Shown piece by piece: positions 23,308 through 35,088 of a DNA stretch of 64,000 nucleotides. The stretch's first letter is position 1. Each line of letters opens with the position of its first letter. The stretch comes from Monocercomonoides exilis PA203 (Eukaryota > Protista > Preaxostyla), in the NCBI GenBank assembly GCA_001643675.2, contig LSRY02000037.1, positions 806,001 through 870,000 of the forward strand. Reading direction: 5' to 3'. Made by a program: the position numbers and the translations under genes. The notes under the pieces are model-generated. The model was not told the origin of the DNA. It saw nothing but the letters and a program-made list of their open reading frames with translations, and searched no databases.

Positions 23308-24210
23308 ATGAAATTCTTTGTTGGACTTCTTTCGCTTGCTGCATTGACCGCACAATTCTGGGGAGGAATGGGAGGACTTGGCGGATTAGGAATGGGCGGA
23401 TTCGGAGGAATGGGAGGAATGGGCGGATTTGGTGGAATGGGTGGAATGGCTGACTTTGCCGGAATGGGATTTGGTGGAATGGGAGGTCTTGGAGGATTGG
23501 GTGGATTCGGATTCTTGTCTGGATCTGAACTTTCTGAAGAAGAGCTTGATGAATTGTGCTGCGGATCAAGCTGCTACCCAGACGGATGCTGCTATGAATT
23601 GTGCGCCTGTGAATCTCCATGCGGAATGGGTGCCTGTGGTGGATTTGCCCCTTCATTCGGAGGATGCCAACAAGGATTCAATGGCTGCAACGGAATGGGA
23701 TATAACGGAATGGGATGCAACGGAATGAACGGAATGAACGGTGGATTCGGAAACTACGGAAATGCATGCCAAGCCCCACGCATGTATGGCCAAACATCAT
23801 CAGTTCAAGGTGGACGTGGAGCAGCATATGCCAACGGAAACAACGCCAACTGCTATGGTGCCGGAAACAGAAACTGCGGATACAACCAGGGAGCAATCTG
23901 CGGATCAGCAAACGGTGCTCACATGAATGCTGATGCATGCCGTGCCCATGGAGATCGCGCCTACGCCAGAAAGTGCGCTGATGAAATGATGGTTCGCCGT
24001 GCCAATGAAGCATGCACCACTGGAAACAACTGCTATGACATGGGACACGCCAACATGTGCGCTGGATCACGCCAAATTGCTGGAAACCGCGCATGCGGAA
24101 ACGCCAACAACTGCTACAACAACGCAGCTGGAATGAACACCAACTCCCGCGGATGCTGCGGAAACGGTGGATGCTGCAGATCATCCAACTATGGATACGG
24201 TGGATGCTAA
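23308..24210 (+). CDS. Secreted Gly/Met/Cys/Asn-rich structural protein (candidate wall/coat protein)
   Basis: Intronless 300-aa ORF with signal peptide MKFFVGLLSLAALTA, GGMGG repeats and 28 Cys. Strong GGA/TGC/AAC codon bias. Confidence 0.8.
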   Translation: MKFFVGLLSLAALTAQFWGGMGGLGGLGMGGFGGMGGMGGFGGMGGMADFAGMGFGGMGGLGGLGGFGFLSGSELSEEELDELCCGSSCYPDGCCYELCACESPCGMGACGGFAPSFGGCQQGFNGCNGMGYNGMGCNGMNGMNGGFGNYGNACQAPRMYGQTSSVQGGRGAAYANGNNANCYGAGNRNCGYNQGAICGSANGAHMNADACRAHGDRAYARKCADEMMVRRANEACTTGNNCYDMGHANMCAGSRQIAGNRACGNANNCYNNAAGMNTNSRGCCGNGGCCRSSNYGYGGC

Positions 24211-24960
24211 ATGATTCACTGAAAGTGAAATAAAATTATATTTCATAATTTCATGTTAATCCAAACAATTTTTCTTTGTTTACAATAAATTACATTTATC
24301 TTTTTTTTATCTGTATTCTCAAACAAAAAAATCAAATTGAATGCTTTTTTCAAAAACTGAAAAGAAGATTCAAATTAATAAAAAAATGCATAATTTTTTC
24401 ATGTTAAGTCAAACTGTAACTTTGAAAATTGAATAAAATGAGAAATGATTCATCCTTATGTTAAATTAAAAAAAACACAAAAAAATAGTTTTTGCTCATA
24501 AATGTTAATCTGACTTAAACTTGTTGAAAACTGATTATCAAATGAGCGGCAAATTGGCAGAAATAACGAAATGAATAACTGCAAAAAGAAACAACTGCTG
24601 GTAATAAAGTTGACAAAACAAACTCAACTGAAATATGTGTAATGGTGAAATGAGAATGTTCACTTTACAAATAAATGAATATGGAATAATTCATCATTTG
24701 ATTATTGTAAATATGAACAAGAAAGAAACAAGTGAGGTGTGAAAAAAATTACTAAGCCTAACAATATGATGCCTTTTAAAAAATATAGACATTATGAAAA
24801 CATAACCCAACAAGTCCAGCATTTCGCACAGCAAACTGCTTTGGCAACGAGTTATCTGATCAATTTCTCCAGAAAAGAGGAAAATAACGACAGTGTCACA
24901 GCCGAGAAATGAGTACTAAAAACCACACAATTTTGATACACATTCATTAAAAAATTAAAA

Positions 24961-25035
24961 AAAAAGATAAAGAAAAGATAAAGAAAAGAAAAGATAAAGA
25001 AAAGATAAAGAAAAGATAAAGAAAAGAAAAGAAAG
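24961..25035. repeat. Degenerate AAAGATAAAGA-type tandem repeat
   Basis: Repeated aaagataaagaaaag units in intergenic DNA. Confidence 0.7.
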
Positions 25036-25262
25036 CATAAATCAAATATTTCAATGTCATGATTACTATCCAAGCAAATTTCAATTTTAACTGTTTTTCA
25101 TTCAAGTTAATAGATATACAGATATATAGATAAATAATCAAAAAGATAAATAATATATAATAAATAATTAACCATAAATAAATAAATAAATAAAAAATAA
25201 TTACCATATTTATTTTATTTTATTTAATTTTATTTTATTTCCCCTTCTTCTCCTCCTCATCT

Positions 25263-26350
25263 TCATTTGCTTCGTTCACCTGCCCCAAACTTATGCAGCT
25301 CATCCAACTCCCTCTTCGCCTCCTGCTCCTTCTCAATCGCCTGCTGCACCCTCTCCATCAGCTCCCTCTCCAACTCCTCGTATTTCTCCGCCTCTTTCTC
25401 CAGCTTCGCCTTCGTCTCCTTCATCCTCTTCGCCTCTGCCTCGTTCTCTGCCTTTGTCCTCTCCAACAGATCTTGTTTAAACATTTGCACTTTCTCCTGT
25501 GCTTTCACTTTTGCCTGCTTCACTTCCTCTCTTTTCATCTGAAACTGCCTCAGCTTCTCACTCTCTGCCTTCTCCTTCTGCCTCCTCATCATCTCGCTCT
25601 CGTTCTTCACTGCTTTATATTCTTCTCTTTTCTGCTTCGTCAGTTTTTCTTGCTCTTCTGCAATTCTCCTCTTCTCCTCCTGCCTTTCCTCCACCCGCCT
25701 CTGCGCATCCTGCTCGTTCTGCAGCTGCCCTGTGGCCTCTAACTGCTCCATCGTCTTCGTCTTGTTCTCCTTCTCTTCTCTTATTTCTTTGATTTCTGCT
25801 GCTTTGTTCCTATGCAGTTGAGCTGCTGCCAGCAATCTCTGCTCTTCCATCTGCAATTTCTGCACTTTCCTTTGCAGTTTGTGCAGATTCTGCTCTGCCA
25901 AACGCGCTTTCATTTGCGCTGCCTCTTTCTTCGCGGCAGTTATGTCGCGTGTTTCTCCCCCTCTTTCTCCTCCTGATGTGTATTCAGATTGGCTTGTTTG
26001 TGTAGAAGATAGCGATGCTCCTTGTCTAATGTTCGTTTTCACTTTCTTTTTTCCATTTAAACCTGATCCTCTTCCTCTTTCTCCTCCTCTTGTTAGTGTT
26101 GCGCTGTTACTGTCTCCATCTCTGCTCCCAAATAAATCTTCATATTCTTCTTCTTCTTCGTCTCCTCTTCTTTCTCTTTCTCTTTCTCTTTCTCCTCTTT
26201 CTCTGCTTCTTCTTATTCCCATCACTGATTTTGTGCGTTTTGGAAGAGAATTTTGTGCTTTTGATTGAACACGGCGAGGAGAAGGAGAAACTGCTCGGCG
26301 GATTGGATAGGACTCTGAAGAGGGGAAATAAAAGAAGTGGGAGAAAGTTA

Positions 26351-26382
<32 letters not shown>

Positions 26383-29020
26383 GAAAGAGAAAGAGAAAGA
26401 GAAAGAGAAAGAGAAAGAGAAAGAGAAAGAGAAAGAAAATGATAGAGAAATGAAAAAAAGGTATCACAAGCAGTCATAAGAAATAGAAAATATGTGTATG
26501 TAATGAAGGCAACCATATAAACATGTAAATATTGCATTCAATGTCTTATCATTAATCTGTTTATTTCTCTTTCTCTTTCTCTTTCTCTTTTTTTCTCTCC
26601 CTTTTTCTTTCTTTCCTGTCAATCTTCCACATACCATTCGCACTCCCAGCATTCTTCTTCTTCCTCGTGGGCGACGAATACGAAGTCGGTCTTGCCATAG
26701 ATATGTTTTGTGTTGTTCCATAGGCATCGATCAGGTCATTCTCCTTCTGTTTTGTCTGAAATGAAGCAGAACTCGAAGCTTGCTGAGAAGTTGTGGAGGG
26801 TTTTTTGGTTGGTTTTGAGGAAGAAGAAGAAGAAGAGGAAGAGGAAGAGGAAGAGGAAGAAGCTGTGTTAGTTTTCTTGTGAGGTGTCTGCAATGCTGAA
26901 GAAGTAGAAGAGCGCAACGAAGAAGTTGCGTTTGGACTCTTCTCGTTCTCTTTCTTCTTCCTCGTTGGCGACTTCTGCCTCTTCGGCGAGGGACTTCTGC
27001 TTTCTTTCGATTTCTCCATCTTCTTCTTCTTCTTCTTCTTCTTCTTCTCGTTCCTCTGTGAATAATAATCTTCGTCCTCTTCTTCTTCCTCTTCATCATC
27101 ATTTTCTCTATAAGTTGCTGATTTTGGCGTCTGAGGCAGCGAATCCGGCGGTGAATGCATCGCTGGCCATCCAAATGAATCCTTTTCTGTTGATCTTGAG
27201 TGGTTCTCTTCTTCTTCTCCTCCTTCTCCTTCTCCTTCTTTTTCCCCTTCTCCTCCTTTAAAGTTATCTTCATCATTATTATAAGCTTCTTCTCTTTCCT
27301 TCTCTTTCTCTTTCTCTTTCTCCCCTTTTGCACTAATCTTCTTCCCCACAGGTGTCTTCCTTCCTCCCTCAGAAGAAGGAGAAGGAGAAGGAGAAGAAGA
27401 AGAAGAAGCATTCATCCCAATCTTATGCCCCGTCACTTTCGTTTTTTCTCCTTTCCCTTGTTTTGTTAGAGCAGAATTTGCATTTGTGTTTGAAATTTCG
27501 TGTGTTGCAGCTCTTTTTTGTGTTTTCGGTGGACTTTTTGCTTTCGCTTTTGGTTTCTTTGCCAGCTGCGATTGATCTGCTGTTCTTTTCTGATTGACAG
27601 TTGAAGAAGAAGAGGAAGAAGAGGAGGAAGAAGAGGCAGAGGAGGAAGAATGAGCAAGTTTGGCGCTCTTGTCAGGTGTCATCAGCTCTGGCGGATGGAT
27701 TGTGGGGAGAGGAAGAGGAGATTGTGATGATGGCTGCTGAGAAGAAGAGGAAGAAGAAAGAGAAGAAGACGACGATGACTGTGCTGTTGCTTCATTCGTT
27801 CTCTGTTCACCTGATTTATCTGAACTGTCATTTCCTTCTGAAGAAGAAGAAGAAGAAGTTCCCTGTTGTTGTTGTTGTGATGGCGACTGTGCAGAGCTCG
27901 TCTCTGACGTCTGCTGTGTCTGCTGTGTCTGCTGTGTCTGTTGCGACTGCTGAGTCAGCTGTGACTGCGATCTCTGTGACAGCTGATCTGCCCCTTGTGC
28001 CCCGAATGCTCCTTGACTGCCCTGCTGCCCCCCCAGCGGAGTCATCGGAGTCGGCTCCAGCCCCAGCTGGCTCTGCAGCTGTGTCTCGTACTGGTGCAGC
28101 TGTGCTGCCTGCGCCTGCAGCGCCTGCATCTGCTGGGCAGCAGCTGTCTGCTGCGGAGACAGCTGCGCCTGCTGCTGCTGCACCGCCGCCGTCACCTGCT
28201 GCACCGCCTGCTGCAGAGACACCTGGATCTCCTGCTGCCGCGCCGCTAGCTGCGCCTGCTGCTGGGCGGGGGGCAGCCCGGACTGCTGCAGCTGCACGCT
28301 GATCTGCTGCAGCCGCTGTTGCGCTTCCACTTGCAGCTGCTGCACTTGCTGCTGGCCAAGCGCCTGCGCTCTTTCGTTGGAAAGTTGGATCTGCTGCGAT
28401 TGCTGTTGCACCTGTGCATATTGCTGTTTTAATTGTCCAATGCGTTGCTGGACTTGTTGAAGCTCAGAGCGAACTTGCTCTTGCTGAGCATTTGAAATGG
28501 TATATTGAGCTAATTATTTCAAATTGAATTCATAGGTACATAATTTTCAATCAAGAATAAATTGTGCAAATATCAAAAACAGCCTTAAAAATAAAATGCA
28601 AACATTGTTGTTGCGCAATTTGTTGTGATTGTTGCCTCTGTAATTGAATCTGTTGCTGTTGCAATTGCTGTTGCATGAGCTGCTGTTGCATTAATTGCTG
28701 TGATTGAATTTGTTGTTCAGATGAAAATTGTTGTTGCTGTTGTTGCTGTTGTTGTTGTTGCTGCTGCTGCATTAATTGCATTTGTTGCTGTTGAATCTGA
28801 AAAAGTCGTTGCTGTTGAAGATATTGTTGTTGCTGCTGCTGCTGCATTTGCTGCTGTTGTTGCGCTATTAAATATCCATCATTACTGGTCTGTATGAATT
28901 GAAATTAATTTAAAAAACCAATAGATTATTGAAACATATATTATTTACGAATTTAACGTTAAATAATGAAAAAAATGACGTTATATTTTCACAGCAGATA
29001 AAACATACACTTTGAGACAT
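25263..29020 (-). CDS. Gln-rich N-terminus, Ser/Glu low-complexity middle, C-terminal coiled-coil hypothetical protein
   Basis: Exons 29020-29009, 28889-28604, 28509-26635 and 26314-25263 join in frame at GT-AG introns. The first micro-exon is less certain. Confidence 0.7.
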
Positions 29021-29533
29021 TAACAAAATGGATGAATGTTTAACACTTGTTGAATTGTCTGAATGGAAAAACTAAAAAAAAATAACAGAAACAGTGTATA
29101 AATAAAGGTTATACAAATTTTTTTCGAAAAACATAAGCAGTTAATGAAATATATCAAAGCAATCACATTCTGTATGGACGATTTTGACTCGATATTCTCA
29201 GTTTGTTTGAATAAGAAATTCACATGTTGTTCGTCAAATCAGACTTTGTGAATTTCCACATCATATTTCAATAATTCATTTTTTGATTAACATATTTATT
29301 CCAAAAATTATATGCAACTATATCATTATAAGTCAACCATAACAATGCAAAAAACATATTGAAAAAAATAAAAAAAATTGAGAAATGTATTTGAAAATAT
29401 TGTGTGGAGTAAAAAATGTTATTTCAAATTATTGTTCCACATAAATAAAATTAGATAACTCAAAAAACGAAAGAAATGAAACAAAAAGAAATCAATAATT
29501 AAAAAGTCGTAAAATTTAATTCATTTCATTTTC

Positions 29534-30981
29534 TCAAACATTCACAAAATAGTCAGTAATATTTATTGATATTTTTGGATAATATTGATTTTGAAGAAAC
29601 TTAAAAGTATCATGAAAACTTGCGATAACATTTTCGTATCCTTCTACTTCCATCTTTTCAAATATCTTCATTTTTGCTGCTATCCTTTTCGTTGCCTCAA
29701 TTTCATCTTTCTCCTTTTCTTTCAATCTTCTGCAAATCGCCAAAAAGAATTTCAAGCAATAATATGCTCTTTCGTCTATTAATGTTGGCTGATGAATTTC
29801 CTCCAAAATGACATCAACCGCACCACCCTTCAAAAACGCATCCACTTTCATTGCTCTGTGTTCCACGATAAGTATTAACAAACAAATGAAACTTTTATTG
29901 ATTTCATTGTGATTATCCCTTGACGCTCTAAAAATACTCGCAACGCTTCCGATAAGTTCGACAGATCCTTCATTCCTCAAGCTGCAATAAACAAAAAAAG
30001 ACTCCAATGTTCGGACCCATCTCAATAAAATAAGCTCTTCTTTTGTTTCTATTCCTCCATCTCCTTCTTCTTTCTCTCTCTTCCAATCAACACGTTCACT
30101 CAACTCTTCCAGTTCTCTGATTGCCTCTCTCGTAAATAGAAGCTCATTCACAGCCACTCTTTCGATGCGTTCATTGCTGTAGAATCTGTTAATCAAAAAT
30201 TGCCAAGCACACTGATAGGCCAATCTGCTCAGATTCTGATGCTCTTGATGATATTGAATAATTTCTTTGATTTCTTTCAAATACTGTTCTAAATTCAATC
30301 TCTTATGAAAAATCAGAGGGTAAAAAATAACACGTATTTAACTAAAAATTGAAAGACTCACACATAAACGCTACCGCAACTCAATGCCAGCAATGCCATT
30401 TCCACTTCTTTTTGAGCTTCATCAGTTTCTTCTTTGTTCAACGCAACTTTTAGAAGAAATGGCACACAAATCGAAAGCAAGTCCGTCGAAAATCCTAAGC
30501 TAAGCAACAGAAAGCATTCGTAAAAATCAACAAGAAGCTTTTCATTCTTTTCTTCTTTTTTCTTCTCATTTTCTTCAGCAATCATCTTCTCAAATCTGAC
30601 GGCAAACAATAACCTGTGATACTCGTTAATCCAAACATCACTCAAAACCTTGCAATATCCAATGTGCTTCAAAAGCAAAACTGTATTTTCAACAGGAATT
30701 TTTTCTTCTTCAATCATTTTGAGCATTTTGTTGAACAATTCTTCTGTGAAAACAGATTTGAATTCTTCTTTTGTCATTTCTAAAATCATTTCATTAATTT
30801 CTTCGATTTTCTGTTTTTGGCCATCATCGTCGCAATGCTCCAGCTCGTCAAGCTTTTCTGATAAAATACCAATTATCACAAGCGGAAATTCAAATAAATG
30901 TTTTTTCAAACCAGAAAACTTTTCTGTTCTGGACGTCTCCTGAAGTGCATCTGCACGCTCTTCAAAATAGTGTGAATACAT
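29534..30981 (-). CDS. Lineage-specific multigene family protein (helical-repeat-like, uncharacterised)
   Basis: Introns 30911-30858 and 30363-30302 join the two ORFs. Motifs TEKFS..ELEHC, KVALNKEE..EAQKEVEMALLALS and EIKEIIQYHQEH..L.RLAYQ.AWQFL are recognised from an expanded oxymonad family. Confidence 0.7.
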
Positions 30982-31994
30982 GTTGTTGGCAGAAAATTCG
31001 TGAATTTGTTGTGATCAGTTTGGCGATTAACGAAATAAAGGACAAATACAAATATCTTTGATTATCTCCAAAATGAAAAGGTGGCAAACACAAAACAATC
31101 TCTTTTCTTTATAAATATAGTGAAAAATAGAAGATTCAGCAAACTCAATGATCTCGGCTGGAAAAGGTCAGAAATGCAAATTGTTTTGTTTTTTTCAGAT
31201 CAAACCAACAAGAATTAAAGATTGGACGAAATCTTTGGTTTTGTGAAAAAAACAACTATTTATTCCAAACTTTTTCAGAAATCTTATTATAATAAGTCTT
31301 TCATTCCAATGTCAAAGAAAGAAGATTATTTTTTATTAAGAAAAAAAATTATTTGTAAGTGAAGAATGGAATAAAATTCATTAAGCAAAAAATATCGTCC
31401 CAGATTAAGAAATGGATTTCAAATTTTGAGACATTTTGTTTCATGAGTCGGACATCTTTTTGGTGAAATTGGAATAATTTTTGATGTTCAAAAGGAGTTT
31501 TTCTGAAGAGGAAAGCAAAACAGTCAAACCCAATTTAAAATAAAAATGAATTCTATATGTGAAGCAGATGAAGTCGAAGGACAGAGAAGATCAAAACTTG
31601 CACACACGAAGGATTTTTTGATGTTGTTTTACTGTTTTTTTTAATTTCATTCAATATGACTCGTGGGATTTTTGAAGAAGAAAGAACTGAAAAAACAAAA
31701 ATCGAAAAGAATTGATGATTCAAAGCATGATTCAGCCAGGAAGAAATGGAGTAATGGTTTCATTGCGAAATAAACAAAAAATAAAAACTCGCCTTCGCCT
31801 TTTCTTTCAGCCATCCTTAACAATTCCCATTTGAGCCATTTACGGGGAAAAGATATGGAAAAATATTAGTTTTTTTCTTTTTCTGCTTCTGTCACTTCCC
31901 TCGTCTCTAATTCTTCTTCAAAGGATACCCCATTTTCTTCCTCATCATTCCCTTGAGATTTTCCTCTTTCTTCGTTTTCTCCACTCAGAATGGT

Positions 31995-33079
31995 CTATCT
32001 CCTCTTCATCAAAGATGCATACTTAACATATCCTTTGTATTTCACACTTTTTCTTGTTTGCGGGTTGAACAAGGTGATGCGAAAAGCTATGCAGTAGATT
32101 GGAGAAGTTGAATGAGAGTTGTAGAGGTGGTTTGTACCGCAGCTGGAGTGAGAGAGAGAAGGTGCAATGAAGATGATTGGATGTGATTCCTGCTTCATTC
32201 ATCACCATTTCTACTTCTTTTCCAGCCGCTCCTTTTGAAACACACTGCAAAATTAACAATAAGAATGAAGAATGAAATGAAAGGGAAAGCAGAAAGGAGA
32301 TTAAACAGGAACAACAAAACATCGAACTTAGGCAACATAACGTTGCATGCGAAATGACGCAGAAAGAACAAATTCTTCTTCTTCTTCTTCTTCTTCTTCT
32401 CACTCCTTCAGTACAGCCAGTTCAATCAATGCTGCTATCGAAAGAACCACATCCTCCATCTTCAGCCCCGCAGCATCCAACCCTTTCTCCACAATCTCCC
32501 CCACTTCACACATTGCAATCCCTCGCCCCGTCACTTCGTCATTCAGCTTCACCACCACACCCCTCGGCTGTGGCGATCGCCATATCTGCAGCGATGGGTC
32601 AAACAGATCGTCGATTGACGGGAACGCATTCACGTCTGGTGCTGCAAAGATCCGCTTGCTCCTCAACTTCGTGCCCACCGACGCTGCATGCGACGGATGG
32701 GGTGCCACCAGCGGAACAGAAAGCATCTCTAAAAGTTCCACATCTTTGGCACACACGAACAACATCTCCATACAGCACAGCCAGCCGCACCACAACATAT
32801 CTTCGCAGCGTCTGCAGCGCCCGCGGCGACAACAGCAGCTGCAGCGACAGCTGCATGTGCCGCCCATACACCCAAGCCGCCTCATGTTCCACAATCTGCA
32901 GCCGCATCTCGATGTCGTTCATTACAGCTGCCGAAGCGTATGATTTCGCAACCGGCCATGTATCTGAATGATCAATCGCATGCGCAAATGACTTTAGTGA
33001 TGACTTTTTTATTTCTATTTTTTCTCTTCACTTCTCCGCATCCGGAATGGCGAAGTTGATCGACATGCTGCACCAGTTT
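31995..33079 (-). pseudogene. Degenerate GC-richer coding remnant adjacent to, and probably interrupted by, the Merlin insertion
   Basis: ORF 32400..32894 is protein-like but has broken frames on both sides. Coding-like composition continues on the far side of the transposon (~34610-34720). Confidence 0.35.
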
Positions 33080-33087
33080 AAAGAAAA

Positions 33088-34602
33088 GGCATGATCCGAT
33101 TATATCGGCACAACCAAAACTGATTTAAATCATTTTATTTCGATTTGTTATATATTATTATAAAAGAATATGCAAATAAAAATCCGCGGAAATTTTTTTA
33201 TTTGAATGAACTTTTGAAGAAAAATATTTTCTCCCATTATAATTTTTAAAAATAATTTTTATTAAGGGTTCGTATTTTTTTTTGATCTCATGGAACGTGA
33301 ACGAGATCTTAATGATGAGGAAACCATTTCTTCGCTGAACAAACTCTTCTACGACGAAACAAGCACATGGGAATGGTTCAAAAGAGAAATAATAGCCATG
33401 AACCTCCCAATGTGCAGAGTTCATAGATGCTATCAACGAATATATCATGATAAGAATTATCACTATTACGCTTGTCCAAAATGCAAGATCAAGAAAAGCA
33501 TTCTTTCAGGAACATCTTTTAGCAGAATAAAGATTGGACTAGGCGTTACTCTTCTGATTTGTTTGAATTACTGGCTAGGGATTCAAAATAAAACAATTTC
33601 TTTGCTTCTTTCTGTTAATAAGGACACAGTCGGATACTGGGGAAGTGTGATTCGGTGCGCTTGCTCACAAATGTGGAACGAAAGACAGCAAGAAATTGGA
33701 GGAGAGGGAACAACAGTTGAAATTGATGAAGCAATTTGGTGAAAACGGAAGTACAGGAGAGGAAGAAAGAAAAAGCAAGTGTGGATTTTCGGAGGGGTGG
33801 AAAGATTAGAGGGTGGTGGAGCGGGGAAACGGTTTATGGTCGTCGTGCCTAACAGAAAAAAGGAAACTTTGATTCCAATAATCCAGAAACACATTAAAGC
33901 TGGAACATTAAATATTTTCGATGAATGGCGCGCTTATTCTTCACAAGAAACACTTGGATATTTGTATCAAACTGTATACCACAAAGGACGTTTCAGAGAC
34001 CCAGAAACTGGTGCGTATGCAAATACGATTGAAGGGTTATGGCAACATTTGCGATGCACTTTCCCTCGATTTGGTACAAGGATCAGACTTATGCATGATT
34101 ATCTTTCACTGTTTTTGGTGAAATCAACATTCAATTTAACGTTCATTCAATTAATAAAATATCTGTGCTTTGAAAAGGAAATTGAACCTGTTCAAGTAGA
34201 AGAAGAAGAAGAAAAAGAAGAAATCATTGATGAAGATGAGGAGATTCCAGACATGGATGATGTTGTCAATGAAGATAGCGATGTTGAGTCTGATGAAGAT
34301 TTCGGAGCAGGAGATGGAGCTAGTGCCTCTGAATATGAGCCTTAAATATTATTCTTATTTGAATAATATCATTTAGATATGTTTTTTTATATTTTCGAAG
34401 CTTTTTTAAAACAAATCAGTCACTTTTTTAATGAAAATTCGAAAATATTTATTTTTGATCAAGAAAAATTTTGATAAAAAATTTTTCTTAAAAACACGTT
34501 TCCGCAATTTATCATACTCATATTACTTATGAACAGCATGTATTATTATATTCAGTAAATTTTCAGAGAAATCTGGGCATACCGATATATTCGGATTATG
34601 CC
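33088..34602 (+). mobile_element. Merlin (IS1595/ISXO2-like DDE) DNA transposon
   Basis: TIRs GGCATGATCCGATTATATCGGCA and GGCATAATCCGAATATATCGGTA (20/23 identical). 8-bp TSD AAAGAAAA at 33080-33087 and 34603-34610. Confidence 0.92.
33290..34345 (+). pseudogene. Merlin/IS1595-family transposase with one in-frame TGA (33740-33742)
   Basis: Zn-ribbon CxxC motifs, GGEGTTVEIDE, KRKYRRGR, VWIFGGVER, VVPNRKKETL.PII, DEWRAY and NTIEGLW. Both ORF halves are in the same frame. Confidence 0.9.
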
Positions 34603-35088
34603 AAAGAAAATGAAGAATACAAAGAAGACGTAGAAGAGACAACTGCTGAGCTTCGATGAACACAAGAAGCTTTTTGAGATTATCGTCGGATCAGACAACA
34701 GCTCCAAATGAAACCCAAACTCAACATATACGTTTTAATCAGAAAGATCTGATTAAAGCTGGAGCAAGCAGTTTTGTTGCAAAGAACACAGATAATACAG
34801 AATTTCTTTAGGCAAGGCTTTGCAATTATGAAAGAAAAAGATTTACGAAAGACATATGAAGAATCAACCGCGACAAGAGAACTGATTGATGATTCGAATC
34901 AAAAAATGACAAATGAGTGTTTTTGGAGAATTTACAAAATAAACACTCTTCAATGAATAATTTTTAATCAACATTTCATTTATTTGTTATCGCATATTTT
35001 TGCACTTTGGGTCCTGCTTTTTGAATGAAATGAGAATATTTTTGAGCAAAAAACACAAATTTCAAAAAATCAAGATTTTCGAAAATTA

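Noticed and set aside
33740-33742. TGA as selenocysteine or Trp in the Merlin transposase
   Set aside because: The position is in a basic, non-catalytic stretch, no SECIS was recognised, and TGA is used as a stop elsewhere.
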